From NCBI GenBank assembly GCA_041178425.1, contig JBEGVH010000010.1, positions 64,001 to 128,000 of the forward strand: a DNA stretch of 64,000 nucleotides, in the 5' to 3' direction. Both the position numbers and the translations under genes were made by a program. The stretch is from Pseudomonadota bacterium. GTDB lineage: Bacteria; Bdellovibrionota; Bdellovibrionia; Bdellovibrionales; Bdellovibrionaceae. Shown in pieces: positions 1 through 10,627 of the stretch (its first letter is position 1; the number at the start of each line of letters is the position of its first letter). Under the pieces are notes generated by a model that ran no database searches, had not been told where the DNA came from, and saw nothing but the letters and a program-made list of their open reading frames with translations.

Positions 1-574
1 AGAACTCGCGTCAGCGACTTCTCCAGAAAAGCATGATGGTTCTGAGGCTCAAGGCCACGAACGCACTCCTGCAAGTGCAGAGGCTACTGAAACTGAGAAG
101 ACTACAGAAACTGCCGCAAGCCATGAGACCGAAAAGCATAGCGAGAAAGTCGCTGACAAACATAGCGCAAAAACAGCCGAAAAAGCTGTCGTCGAAAAGT
201 CTATTGAAAAGCATGAGAAGCCTGCCGCTAAGACAGCTGAAAAAGCCGTGGAAAAGCCTGTGGAAAAAGTGGTTGAAGCTCCTGCCGCTAAAAAGACGAG
301 TATTCTTGCCAAGGAACTTGCCGCTCAAGGTCTAGGAAAATTCACGATTCAAATCGCATCTTATCCTTCACTCGAAGAAGCAGAAAAGAAAGTGCATGAG
401 CTTAGAGCTTTGAAATTTGAATCCTTCGCAACGGAAGCCAGTGTTAAAGGCCACTCTTGGTACCGCGTAAACGTGGGAATGTTTACAACGGTAAAGGAAG
501 CCCAGGCTCATAAAAATCTTCTCTCCGAACGTGCTAAAGTTTCTACTGCTATCATCCAAAAGATCACTAAGTAA
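1..574 (+). CDS. SPOR-domain cell-division/peptidoglycan-binding protein (FtsN/DedD-like), 5' end outside window
   Basis: Frame is open from base 2. An E/K/A/T-rich low-complexity linker precedes a C-terminal SPOR pattern (FTIQIASY...EAE...WYRVNVGMF...EA). Confidence 0.8.
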   Translation, partial: ELASATSPEKHDGSEAQGHERTPASAEATETEKTTETAASHETEKHSEKVADKHSAKTAEKAVVEKSIEKHEKPAAKTAEKAVEKPVEKVVEAPAAKKTSILAKELAAQGLGKFTIQIASYPSLEEAEKKVHELRALKFESFATEASVKGHSWYRVNVGMFTTVKEAQAHKNLLSERAKVSTAIIQKITK

Positions 575-577
575 CCA

Positions 578-1414
578 ATGTCTGATAATTTTTCAAAAGG
601 CTCGGGGGATTCTGACAAGTCCCCCTACGCTTTAAGTCGAAGCGAAAAAAAAGGCATTGCTGGCTTTCTTGAGACCCTACTGAGAAAATTCAAAACGCTG
701 ATGCAACTAACATTGATCATTCCTCTCTATGGGGTGGCCTCCGTCATTTTAGGTATTTCGATTGTTCCAGGGGTCATCATCGTTCGAGAAGCTCATCTCT
801 TTTCAGCGTCGTACTCTCCACTTATCAGTGCATTCATTATTGGTGCAGCCTTGGTAGCTTCCTTCTTTGCCTGCGGTTTTACAGCAATGATTGTACTACC
901 CATTATCAACAAGCTGTTTGTGGGCAAGCTCAAGCAATGGAAGGGCCCATACTATTCGCTCGAAGCGATTCGCTGGTATATTCATAATGGCATTTTATAC
1001 TTGCTTAGATATTCCTTCTTGGAATTTGTTACGCCTTCGCCGTTTGGGCTTTGGTTTTATACGGCCATGGGAATGAAGGTCGGAAGAAACTCAGTTATTA
1101 ACTCTACGCACATCTCCGATCCCTCTCTCATTCAAATTGGCCATCGAGTCACCATCGGTGGCTCTGCAACGATTGTTGCTCACTATGGGCAAGCAGGGTT
1201 TCTTGTACTTTCTCCAGTTTTGATTGAAGACGATGTCACCATTGGCCTACGAGCCACCGTGATGGGTGGAGTTAAAATCAGAAAAGGCGCAAAAATTTTA
1301 CCCAATTCGGTAGTGATGCCAAAAACTGAAGTGCCTGCGGGAGAAATTTGGGGGGGCGTACCCGCCCACAAACTGGATCTCAAAAAAATGGTATCTCCAG
1401 AACATTCCGAGTGA
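578..1414 (+). CDS. Membrane-anchored hexapeptide-repeat (left-handed beta-helix) acyltransferase-like protein
   Basis: Two N-terminal hydrophobic helices, then GMKVGRNSVI, IQIGHRVTIG, VLIEDDVTIG hexapeptide repeats and a WGGVPA end motif. Confidence 0.75.
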   Translation: MSDNFSKGSGDSDKSPYALSRSEKKGIAGFLETLLRKFKTLMQLTLIIPLYGVASVILGISIVPGVIIVREAHLFSASYSPLISAFIIGAALVASFFACGFTAMIVLPIINKLFVGKLKQWKGPYYSLEAIRWYIHNGILYLLRYSFLEFVTPSPFGLWFYTAMGMKVGRNSVINSTHISDPSLIQIGHRVTIGGSATIVAHYGQAGFLVLSPVLIEDDVTIGLRATVMGGVKIRKGAKILPNSVVMPKTEVPAGEIWGGVPAHKLDLKKMVSPEHSE

Positions 1415-1424
1415 TTAAACTAAT

Positions 1425-2753
1425 TCAAAGAACGGCGCCAGGGAATTGGCCCGTGCCGCTCGTTACGTTGCCATTTCCATCAAAGATTGATGACCACCCG
1501 GAAGTGTCTTCCCAATCATAGAAATCGTGGTTAGGAAAGGAAGGGAAATCAGTTTCGTTACCACTTTTGTTATCTTCGCTAGACGACGGCTCCGTTAAAT
1601 TTTCCACTGCAGTTTTAAGCTCCGAATACGTATTCCATTCTCTGATCTGAAGCTTAATTCTGGCTGTAATTTCGAACGCATGGTCCGCACATAGCATCGT
1701 ATAATAGCGTGGATCTGCATAATTGGCGCGCCATAAATATCCGGGTGGGTAGGCAGAATCATAATAATTCAAAATATCAGAAAAAGCCCTGGGTACCGCA
1801 CCATTTTTATAGGTGGCTAAATAACGGGTGGTGCCTAAACCTTTTGTAATCAGACTGGGAACATCAAAACTGCCAAAATTTTTGGTCGGGGTAGAATCAG
1901 CTAATTTAATTTTGATCCCGTCAAGAATCTCAAGAGGCGATTGAAAGGTATTGTCGTTGTCATTTTTAAACTGACTACCAACTTGTTCTTTCATTCTCCA
2001 AACAAGCACAGCTGGCCAACCTTCGGCATTCAATGGATTGAGACTCATTGCTGGTCCATTGAGGCAATTGCTATGCTTTCCACCCCAATTTTTAGTACTG
2101 AGGGTCTTGGTCGTTATTCCACCGGATTTCACTATTGCTAATTCGGTGTATTCACCCTCGCAGCAATTAGGTCCGTAGGGAGCATAGTTATAGGAGCAGG
2201 TGTATCCACCCTCAATCATTTCGATATAAGGATTGGCTTTCACTTTTCCGGAGTCGTAGTAACCCGCAACAGATGTTGTTCCGGCATCCGTATCTTGATT
2301 GTATTCTACGTAAATGGGCTCAATATGGGGTTTTGCTGGTATAGGATTATCTGCCGAATCATTTCTAGGAGGTTCATACTGAAAAAAATAAGGCGCCATC
2401 GTTGCAGCATAAGGGCACTTAATATGGGCTGGCACATTGTATTCAATATTCATCCCGATGTGCATCAAATCGAGCTCAGTGCTCTCGACGACGCAAGAAA
2501 TATCTCGTTCTGCCGGATTCGTCGAATCTAGATCAACCTTACATTGTTTAGACCAGTCTCCCGATTGGTGAGTGAATCGGAGGGCCCCCGTCTCTGCTTT
2601 GTGATGCAGCCAAAGATAGTTATTAGCGGGTGGGGTATCAACGACTGGCACGTCGGTAGAACCTGTTTCAAAGGTATCCACTGTTTTTTTGGAACAACCA
2701 GCGGCCAAGGCCAAAATAGAAATTGTCGAAATGAACTTGTTTCTTTTTCTCAT
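1425..2753 (-). CDS. Cys-rich lipoprotein of unknown function
   Basis: 442 aa ORF. Basic N-terminus, lipobox LAAG-C, several further Cys including CC. Confidence 0.7.
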   Translation of the reverse strand: MRKRNKFISTISILALAAGCSKKTVDTFETGSTDVPVVDTPPANNYLWLHHKAETGALRFTHQSGDWSKQCKVDLDSTNPAERDISCVVESTELDLMHIGMNIEYNVPAHIKCPYAATMAPYFFQYEPPRNDSADNPIPAKPHIEPIYVEYNQDTDAGTTSVAGYYDSGKVKANPYIEMIEGGYTCSYNYAPYGPNCCEGEYTELAIVKSGGITTKTLSTKNWGGKHSNCLNGPAMSLNPLNAEGWPAVLVWRMKEQVGSQFKNDNDNTFQSPLEILDGIKIKLADSTPTKNFGSFDVPSLITKGLGTTRYLATYKNGAVPRAFSDILNYYDSAYPPGYLWRANYADPRYYTMLCADHAFEITARIKLQIREWNTYSELKTAVENLTEPSSSEDNKSGNETDFPSFPNHDFYDWEDTSGWSSIFDGNGNVTSGTGQFPGAVL

Positions 2754-2922
2754 ATATAAAGTGAAACCTAATCCCAGCTCTTTGGCTAGTCTGGAGATTA
2801 TCTCGACTCATTGAACAAAAAATATTTGGTAAATACTCCTTAACCCTCAGCCACATTAGACCTTGATCTTAGTCTTTAGAATTAGACTCCCCTGACGGTC
2901 GGGAGCCCTTTAACCTATAGTT

Positions 2923-3789
2923 ATGAAGCAAGGACTGCGAGCGTTTTTTATCTTATTATTTTCATTGAGCAATCTTCAATGCGCTAATATTTTGGAGCCC
3001 TTGTCAGAAAAAGACTCCGACAAAATGCTCCTTTATGAAGCTAAAAAAAATATCGATGAACGCGATTTTTCTAAAGCGATAGAAAATCTCGATCAATTGA
3101 GCGACGCCTATAAAAGCCAAAATGACGTTAAGATAACGTATGCGAGTGCTTATGCTGGTGCCTGCGGAATGGAATTTATTCCATTTTTCAACAGCATCTC
3201 GAATGTTGATGGCTCAATGACAATATTTAAATTTCTCCGAAGTTCTTTTACCGATAAGGCCGCTTATCCCGATTCGTGCAAAAATGCAGAAACAAAAATA
3301 AGAGAGATTGGCACTACAGAGGCCCTTCGATTAACCGCCATGAATGGAGCCAAAGACATCAACATGCTCATGGCCCTTGTTTCAATGGCAAAGGTTGGAG
3401 GCCTTCTGAGGAACAAATCAGATGTTGATGGAACGAATTCAAATGGAGATGGCACTACCGACGCTAGTTTTACCGCCTGCGATAGTAACAAAATTTCTGA
3501 TGATGAAATCATCGAAGTGGCCACTGGATTTGGTCTTCTCATCGAGAACCTGCCCTCACTTCTCGGAGCCAGTAACTCAACGTCGACCAATTTAGATTCA
3601 GTCGCGACCGCCATAAATACCCTTTGTGCCCCAGAAACCTGTGTGATTCTCAACGAAAGCGACATTGCTGATAATACTCAACGCACTAAAATTCTTACTA
3701 ACTATCGAAAGCTCCTAGAAAGTACTGATGCTGGTCTGGAAGGATCAAGCGCCTGTACTTTAACGACTCCGCCGGGATGTTGCCCTTGA
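2923..3789 (+). CDS. Putative lipoprotein with TPR-like N-terminal helices
   Basis: Signal peptide ending NLQ-C, helical EAKKNIDERDFSKAIENL...YASAYAG segment, Cys-rich C-terminus (GCCP). Confidence 0.65.
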   Translation: MKQGLRAFFILLFSLSNLQCANILEPLSEKDSDKMLLYEAKKNIDERDFSKAIENLDQLSDAYKSQNDVKITYASAYAGACGMEFIPFFNSISNVDGSMTIFKFLRSSFTDKAAYPDSCKNAETKIREIGTTEALRLTAMNGAKDINMLMALVSMAKVGGLLRNKSDVDGTNSNGDGTTDASFTACDSNKISDDEIIEVATGFGLLIENLPSLLGASNSTSTNLDSVATAINTLCAPETCVILNESDIADNTQRTKILTNYRKLLESTDAGLEGSSACTLTTPPGCCP

Positions 3790-4910
3790 CTAAACCGAGC
3801 CTTTTTTGTTTGATCATCACTAGTTTAATCTCGACGACTGTTAAATCAGCCGAGTTTTTTGAATACGGACAATCCATCCGAGCCCTCGGCATGGGCAATG
3901 CTTACTCAGCTGTTGCCAAAGATGGCGATTCCTTATTTTACAACCCTGCCGGACTGGGGCGATCTTCTGGCATCAACTTAACTCTTCTCAATATGAACCT
4001 CGGCCTAAATGGTGAAAATGCTTATAACACCGTACAAAAGGTTTCTCAGTCGACGGGAACTGGGGTTGATAAATTTTCAGAAATTTTTGGTGAACAGCTT
4101 TGGCTCGGTGCTGGAGGAAAAGTAACCCTGACACTCCCTAATTTCGGAATGGGGATTTATGATTCTGGCAGCTCGGGGATTGAATTAAAAGATCCAATCT
4201 TGCCTTATTTTGATATCAACTATGTGAATGATTATGGAATTGTTGTGGGTAGTGCTTTTAAAATTGGGCCTCATTCGCATTTTGGAATCAATGCAAAAAG
4301 AATCAACAGAACCGGAGGACAGCAAGATTTTGGAATCTCAACCTTTTTGAATGGCGACACGCAAACAATTCAAGATAACATTCAAAAAAAGGGTGTTGGT
4401 TACGGAGCCGACATTGGCTTTAGCTGGGAGATTCCCGCTCCTTTTAATCCTGTTGTCTCAGGTGTTTGGAAAGACATTGGAACGACCACTTTTTTGAAGG
4501 TGGGTGGTTCAGAAAAACCACCAAGAATCCTCGACGATCAGACCATTGGGGTGGCTGCTGGTTTTGATTTAGCACTCTTCGGACTTACCACCGCCATCGA
4601 TATCAAACATATCAATGCGACCTCGGAGCCCTTTGGTAAAAAGCTTCACATGGGACTTGAACTTGATCTTCCTCTCCTTGATCTTCGAGGCGGATTCAGT
4701 CAGGGATATTATTCCATAGGAGCTTCTGTTGATTTGCTCTTAATGCAGCTTGATTTGGCCTATTACGGCGTAGAACTCGGAGAGTATCCTGGACAGGATG
4801 AAGATCGTCGAATCTTGCTCGCCCTCACCATGGATCTCGGATTTGATGCTAATCTTAATTTCTTGGACTTTAATTCGAGCAAAGGTAAAAGGCTCAAGCG
4901 CCGCCGATAA
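3777..4910 (+). CDS. Outer-membrane beta-barrel, TraF/FadL/PorV-like
   Basis: Signal peptide, RALGMGNAYSAVA-DGDSLFYNPAGL signature, alternating beta-strand pattern. Overlaps the upstream lipoprotein gene. Confidence 0.7.
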   Translation: MLPLTKPSLFCLIITSLISTTVKSAEFFEYGQSIRALGMGNAYSAVAKDGDSLFYNPAGLGRSSGINLTLLNMNLGLNGENAYNTVQKVSQSTGTGVDKFSEIFGEQLWLGAGGKVTLTLPNFGMGIYDSGSSGIELKDPILPYFDINYVNDYGIVVGSAFKIGPHSHFGINAKRINRTGGQQDFGISTFLNGDTQTIQDNIQKKGVGYGADIGFSWEIPAPFNPVVSGVWKDIGTTTFLKVGGSEKPPRILDDQTIGVAAGFDLALFGLTTAIDIKHINATSEPFGKKLHMGLELDLPLLDLRGGFSQGYYSIGASVDLLLMQLDLAYYGVELGEYPGQDEDRRILLALTMDLGFDANLNFLDFNSSKGKRLKRRR

Positions 4911-4976
4911 AAAAGTCTATCAGCATCAGCGCCTCGGTCTCTTGATTTTTCAAACAAAACATGAGCTAAGTGAATC

Positions 4977-7619
4977 ATGTTAGAGTTGAAAACCTATCAA
5001 TCACTTCACGATAAAAATTCTTTTCTAAAGTCTCAAGACTTCAGTAAGACCTCCCTTATTGTTTCCGATTTATCTACTAAACTTTTTTGGCAAGACTTCC
5101 TCCTTAAAAAAAATGGATTCATCGCCGGACCGCAAATCCTAAGAGCAGAAGACTTTTGGAAGCTTTTATTGCAACGATCCTCACCCGATATTGAAATCGT
5201 TAGCAAGAGCTGGCTTATTGCCTATTTGAAGAAAACCCTAACGCCGGACTTTTTAAGCCAATATGGCCTCCCGTTCACAAAGCCTGCATCCGTGTTCAAT
5301 GCGATCAATGAGCTGCTTCCCATTTTATGTCATCCCGATTCGAATGAAATAATGTTCCACTGGTTTGGCGAGGTGATGAACAACGACTGTACCTGGGAGT
5401 CTTGGTATCGAATCTCTGCGGCCCTTTGGGAAGATTTTAAAAAACATCAAGTTCTGCTATCTGACTGGGCGTCGGCCTATCTCATCCAGTCTTCTTTTCA
5501 CCATCAGTTTTGGGACAGGAATCTTATCATTGATTTAGGGCCAGAGATTAGAACCATTGAAGTTGAACTGATTAACACTCTGGCCACCAAGCTAAATATT
5601 TGCGTTCTAACCCCTCAACCCAGCTTTATGTCAGAATTTCATTGGATTAAATTTCCTTATGAGGACTTTCACCTTAAAGCTCATCATCGAAGTGAATTGC
5701 CTCAAGCGAAACGCTCCACTCCAGTGCGCCTCTACCGTCGATTCACAAGTCAGTTGGCGGAAGTAAAATTCGTGGTGGGTCAACTACGCACCTGGTTGGA
5801 TCAGGGAATAGCGCTCGAAACCTGCGCAATCGTCGCACCCGATATTGAAGCCTACTGGCCCGTCCTTCGCTGGCACTTGAAAAAAGAAGGACTGGAATTC
5901 AACAAAAAACACACGATCATTGCCAGCACTTTAGGCTCTATTGTTGCCTGGGTTTCAAAAATAAAAAAACTATCAAAAGCCTCCTTAAAATCGGAAGAAC
6001 TTGAACTGGCTGACTTTCACCCGCTCAATCACAGTGATGCAAAATACCTTGAACACCGAAAGCTTTGGTCAAAACGTTTGCCACCAATAGATATCAAAGG
6101 CGATGTGGTTAGTAGTTCGATTGATTGTAATCAATTTATCGACTGGGCTATTAAGTTCGCAACACCAGAACTTTTTTCTAATGGCAAAATAGAAGACCTT
6201 CTGAAGCGTTGGCTTATTGAGAGCCAAAGTTTAGGACTACTCTCATTGCGCCAATGGGTTGAATACCTCGAAGATTATTTGGGTAATACTGAAATCACAT
6301 TAGATAATGAATTGGATTATGGCTTGGGAATCTATTCGCTGATGAATGGAATTCCCGAGGAAAGAGAGAATCTGATTTTTCTTGGCTGTTCCGAATCACA
6401 ATTAAAATCCAGTGCTGGCCTCCTCAAGGGCGCTGAAGTATTGAGTCTTAAGCATCACACAGGCCACCTTCTCCCACATCCAGATAGAGATTTTCGAGAA
6501 TACCAATTAAATATGCTGCTCGCCCATGGCAAGGAACAAGTTTTTTGCTTTCCTGAGTCTACTTTTAGTGGCGCAGAATTAGTGCCTTCTATTTTTTGGT
6601 TGAATGGACGCGAATTGAGTAACGAGGGGCTTAACAAAATTGATGGGTGGAGAAACTCAGCCTGGGAGCAATATCTTCTGCACAGCGAATCAATAGAACA
6701 AAGACCTGTCGAAATTGCGACAAGATTACCATTGGCATTTACTCTTTCACCAGGTTCAGTTCAAAACTATCAAAAATGCCCTTTTTTATTCTTAGCAGAA
6801 AAAGGCCTCCGTCTCGAAGATACTCCGATCGTGGATCTCGACCTCAACCCAAGGACGAAGGGTTCGATTCACCACAGACTCATTGAGCTTTTAGTTGTCG
6901 AGCCATTTGACGCCATTGAAATCGAAAAAAACCTACCAGATTTTGTAGACCTTTGCCTAAAGGAAAATGACCAGTGGTTTTTCTCTGAATCATCGAAGCG
7001 GCTAAGTAAAAAACAATTGGAAGATTTTGGTCGCCGCTTTATAGCTTTCGAAGCTCAGTACAGAAAAGAAAATAAAGATTTTTATACCTTTGCAAAGGAA
7101 GCCTGGTTCAAACGAGAAATAGAAATAAATGGGCAAAAGATTCTGTTTCGTGGAAAAATTGATCGCATTGACATCTCAAAGGACCACAAATATGCCGTCG
7201 TGATAGACTATAAAAACGATTTGGCAAAGCTCCATCACTTTAATAAGTGGTTTGATTTTTTGGAATTTCAGTTGCTCGCGTACACATCCAGTGTTGAACG
7301 GGGTTTTGCGTTGGTCTCCGAGACCGAACCGATGCCCCCAACCACTGTAGTGGCCGCCCACTATATGGGACTCAAAGACTTTTCGCGAAAAGGATTTACG
7401 CTTCAAGACATTCCCGAAGGAATAGTTAGCGGTACTACGACCTCTGCTAGCCTATCTCCAGTCGGGAAAGAAAAACTTTTAGAGGAGTTTGAAACTCTTC
7501 TCCATGACACGGCCATAAAGATTTTAAACGGACATTTTCCTGCAAATCCGCACCCAACAACCCAATGCCAGAATTGTGCATGGAGATACTTGTGTCGAGC
7601 TCAAAATCCGAATTTGTAA
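4977..7619 (+). CDS. addB: AddB/RexB-like subunit with C-terminal PD-(D/E)XK nuclease
   Basis: SPGSVQNYQKCPF, RGKIDRID, IDYK and CQNCAWRYLC (Fe-S cysteines). Directly upstream of a UvrD-type helicase-nuclease. Confidence 0.8.
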   Translation: MLELKTYQSLHDKNSFLKSQDFSKTSLIVSDLSTKLFWQDFLLKKNGFIAGPQILRAEDFWKLLLQRSSPDIEIVSKSWLIAYLKKTLTPDFLSQYGLPFTKPASVFNAINELLPILCHPDSNEIMFHWFGEVMNNDCTWESWYRISAALWEDFKKHQVLLSDWASAYLIQSSFHHQFWDRNLIIDLGPEIRTIEVELINTLATKLNICVLTPQPSFMSEFHWIKFPYEDFHLKAHHRSELPQAKRSTPVRLYRRFTSQLAEVKFVVGQLRTWLDQGIALETCAIVAPDIEAYWPVLRWHLKKEGLEFNKKHTIIASTLGSIVAWVSKIKKLSKASLKSEELELADFHPLNHSDAKYLEHRKLWSKRLPPIDIKGDVVSSSIDCNQFIDWAIKFATPELFSNGKIEDLLKRWLIESQSLGLLSLRQWVEYLEDYLGNTEITLDNELDYGLGIYSLMNGIPEERENLIFLGCSESQLKSSAGLLKGAEVLSLKHHTGHLLPHPDRDFREYQLNMLLAHGKEQVFCFPESTFSGAELVPSIFWLNGRELSNEGLNKIDGWRNSAWEQYLLHSESIEQRPVEIATRLPLAFTLSPGSVQNYQKCPFLFLAEKGLRLEDTPIVDLDLNPRTKGSIHHRLIELLVVEPFDAIEIEKNLPDFVDLCLKENDQWFFSESSKRLSKKQLEDFGRRFIAFEAQYRKENKDFYTFAKEAWFKREIEINGQKILFRGKIDRIDISKDHKYAVVIDYKNDLAKLHHFNKWFDFLEFQLLAYTSSVERGFALVSETEPMPPTTVVAAHYMGLKDFSRKGFTLQDIPEGIVSGTTTSASLSPVGKEKLLEEFETLLHDTAIKILNGHFPANPHPTTQCQNCAWRYLCRAQNPNL

Positions 7620-10600
7620 ACACCATCGTAAAGGCAGGAGCTGGGGCGGGAAAAACCTATGGTCTTATCCATAAAATTGTTGATCTCGTTCGTGAATTCA
7701 CGCAGCAAAATAACGGAGAGCTTCCCCGTTTTGTTGTAACTACTTTTACTCGTAAGGCCACACAAGAGGTACGCGAGAGACTTTTGGCAAAGGCACTTGA
7801 AATTCGTAAAGTAGACCCTATCTTTGGCGATCTCTTTCTGAAATTTTTGAGAACATCAGGACTCCTTCTCGTCTCCACCATTCATGGCGTCCTAAACCAG
7901 TTTCTGCGCGCTCACGGCTCTTTGATCGGCCTTGATCGACAATTTCAAATCGTAAAATCTCATGACCGATTGATCACTGACATTCTCCATCATCAGCTAG
8001 AAAATCAATCCAAAATGGATGATTTGGTCATGGCGTATGGTTGGAGCCAAATCAGGTTTCTTTTTCTCTCCTATCACCGCGCCTCCATGTTTAATCCTAA
8101 TATTTTACAACTATCAAAAAGCTCACTAGAATCATATTGGGACAACCAAATTGGTACCCTTCAGAACCTCACCAACAGCTTGCTCCCTTATGTTTCACAG
8201 TTGGCTCTTTCAAAAAAAACTGAGACTCTCAGAAAACTGGCAGATTCCTTGGAAGCCTTGTCTTCCTGCTTAAATGCCCCCTCTGATCGATGGAGTAAGC
8301 TGCAGGCTCTACCGAGTCTTCAAAAACAAATTCCAACCCGTTTAGGCTCGCTCGCCAACTGGGATGAATCGGCAAAGGCAACTCGTGAAGAACTAATGAA
8401 AACTCTCAAGGATATTTCAGATAACCCCTGGACTGATCTGCAAAAAATTATAGATCACCAGACCTTCGAAAAAGAGGTCATTGAGCTAGCTAGAGATTTT
8501 TCTCATCAATTTATAAAGAAAAAGATAGAACTTGGTGAAATCGAACTCGAAGATCTCGAGTTTTTATCTCTCTACATTATTCGAAATTTTTCACCTCAAA
8601 CAGAAGCGTTTTCCAAAAACTGGAATTACTGGTTTATTGATGAGTACCAAGATACAAGCCCCATTCAAGTTGAAATTCTGCAACGGCTAATCAACGATTG
8701 TCCTCACTACGTCGTTGGAGATCCTCAGCAATCTATTTACTTTTTTAGGGGAGCTCGAAGCAAAGTATTTAACGAAAAAATCGAATCTTTTAGCCAGTCG
8801 ATGGCAAAGGTTGAGATCAAGACGATCAACCGAAGATCCATGACACCAACGCTTCACTTTATCAATGACCTTATGGATGTCGTAAATCGACATCAATTTA
8901 GCGCCATGGATTCCATCGAAAGCAATCATTCCGACCAATTGCTTGTTGGACATTTTTACCTTGTCACCGATGAAGAGAAAAACCGAGGACAGGATGTCTT
9001 AAAAGCCATCGAAAAACTACTTCATAGCGGCGTATTACCGTCTGACATTGCTGTTCTCTGCCGTGAAAACAACGAGATTTTTGAATTATTTAAAGATCTT
9101 AGCGAATCAGGCGTCCCGGTCCAGATTTTTTCTCAAGGTCGCTTTACAGAAGACCGAGAAGTTCGGGACGCTTTATGCCTCTGGCATTTTTTAGTAAATC
9201 CATTTGATAATCAAAATCTTATCGAGCTTTTACGATCTCCGGGATTTCTTGTAAGGACTGAGCTTTTGCTGGAATCTTCAAAACATAAAGACAAAGAACT
9301 CTGGAATTCATTGAAGGGCTCGAATGATCCAGTGATTCAGAGACTGCAAACGGCTCTTGAACAGCTCAATACCATTGGCCACCTTGAGGTTTGGCAAAAA
9401 CAAATTCTCGAATCTAAACTTTTTGAATTATGCAATCACGAAGATCCCACTGGCCGTAAAGAGGGCAATCTTTGGAAGTTAATCACTCATATCCAAGAGC
9501 ACATTCATCAAGGAACTCTCAATTATACCGATCCTCTTTCTTTGAAGGTCAACACTGAAGAGGCAGGAGAGAGCGAAGCTCGCTCTCTCCGCGAATCTAA
9601 TCAGGTTAAATTAATGACCATTCACGCTTCAAAGGGATTAGAATTTGATCATGTATTGATTCCTTATCTCAATCATCAACGAAAAAAAGAATCCGCTGAA
9701 CTACTAACTACTGATTTAGAAAATTCAACCTGGTCTCTCAGTCTATTAGAAAAGGATACCGGAAAAAAAATTCCAAGCTACTTTTCGCAGCAAGTGGCTG
9801 AGGATATTTCACGTCTGTTGAGCGAAGAGGATGAACGACTCTTTTACGTAGCGATCACTAGGGCAAAGAAAACTCTCCATTTTTTTCCTCCGGAGCGATC
9901 CGAGGACACCTCGAATACGGGCTGGGCTCGGCATCTCACCGACTTTACATCAAAGGGGCCAGGACACTATCAATCGAAAACTGCGGGGCACTACGAGTTT
10001 GCCGCAGAACGATCTGCCGATCTCCTTCGCTATGACTGTTCGATTGCTCCAGAAACGTCCCAGAGAGAGCGGCTCCCTTTTATCGTCAGCAAGGAGATCC
10101 TGAAAAAACGGTCAGTGTCCATTACTCAACTTCTCAGAGCAGCTGAATCGACATCTTCAAATACCGGTAACAATCGATTTGATGTTTCGAATATCGTGAA
10201 AGGAACATTTACCCATAAGCAGATGGAAAGTTTTGGAAGCGCACGAACAATAGATATTTTGCCGCCTGAACTAAAACTTTTTATATCGAATTCAGAGATT
10301 CCCTTTCAACGAATTATTGCCAACGGATATGTGGAATGGCCTTTTAGCCTTTGTGACTCCGATCAAGTCATCGAAGGGCAGATAGACCTTTGGGGAAGAG
10401 ATGATCAAAATCAAATTTGGATCATCGATTATAAAACTGGATCTCCGAATTTCGCTGCCAAGGCTTTTGAGCAAATGAAGCTCTATGCTTGGTGCCTGCT
10501 AAAAATGAGACTTATTAATGAGAATGACAGCATCACCCTTACCGTATGCTATCCTTTTGCCAACAGGAGTCTTACCGAGTCAATTAAGGGTAGTGAATTA

Positions 10601-10627
10601 GCTTCGCCTAGTAACAAAAATGACTAA
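7592..10627 (+). CDS. addA: AddA/RexA-like ATP-dependent helicase/nuclease
   Basis: AGAGAGKT, TFTRKA, STIH, DEYQDTS, VGDPQQSIY, TIHASKGLEF, YVAITRAK and a C-terminal GQID...IIDYKTG nuclease. GTG start at 7592 follows GGAG (ORF track start 7565). Confidence 0.88.
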   Translation: MSSSKSEFVNTIVKAGAGAGKTYGLIHKIVDLVREFTQQNNGELPRFVVTTFTRKATQEVRERLLAKALEIRKVDPIFGDLFLKFLRTSGLLLVSTIHGVLNQFLRAHGSLIGLDRQFQIVKSHDRLITDILHHQLENQSKMDDLVMAYGWSQIRFLFLSYHRASMFNPNILQLSKSSLESYWDNQIGTLQNLTNSLLPYVSQLALSKKTETLRKLADSLEALSSCLNAPSDRWSKLQALPSLQKQIPTRLGSLANWDESAKATREELMKTLKDISDNPWTDLQKIIDHQTFEKEVIELARDFSHQFIKKKIELGEIELEDLEFLSLYIIRNFSPQTEAFSKNWNYWFIDEYQDTSPIQVEILQRLINDCPHYVVGDPQQSIYFFRGARSKVFNEKIESFSQSMAKVEIKTINRRSMTPTLHFINDLMDVVNRHQFSAMDSIESNHSDQLLVGHFYLVTDEEKNRGQDVLKAIEKLLHSGVLPSDIAVLCRENNEIFELFKDLSESGVPVQIFSQGRFTEDREVRDALCLWHFLVNPFDNQNLIELLRSPGFLVRTELLLESSKHKDKELWNSLKGSNDPVIQRLQTALEQLNTIGHLEVWQKQILESKLFELCNHEDPTGRKEGNLWKLITHIQEHIHQGTLNYTDPLSLKVNTEEAGESEARSLRESNQVKLMTIHASKGLEFDHVLIPYLNHQRKKESAELLTTDLENSTWSLSLLEKDTGKKIPSYFSQQVAEDISRLLSEEDERLFYVAITRAKKTLHFFPPERSEDTSNTGWARHLTDFTSKGPGHYQSKTAGHYEFAAERSADLLRYDCSIAPETSQRERLPFIVSKEILKKRSVSITQLLRAAESTSSNTGNNRFDVSNIVKGTFTHKQMESFGSARTIDILPPELKLFISNSEIPFQRIIANGYVEWPFSLCDSDQVIEGQIDLWGRDDQNQIWIIDYKTGSPNFAAKAFEQMKLYAWCLLKMRLINENDSITLTVCYPFANRSLTESIKGSELASPSNKND

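Noticed and set aside
11..335. Alternative ORFs 11..328, 33..335 and 49..312, and similarly 34429..34833
   Set aside because: Shadow frames of low-complexity K/E/A-rich coding sequence. The same applies to most short antisense ORFs in the track.
3777..4910. TraF-like gene as evidence of a conjugative element
   Set aside because: No relaxase, T4SS or other tra genes. The flanks are chromosomal (addAB).
4977..10627. Cas4-like nuclease and helicase as a CRISPR or defence system
   Set aside because: The Fe-S PD-(D/E)XK domain followed by a UvrD helicase-nuclease is the ordinary AddAB arrangement. No repeat-spacer array was seen.
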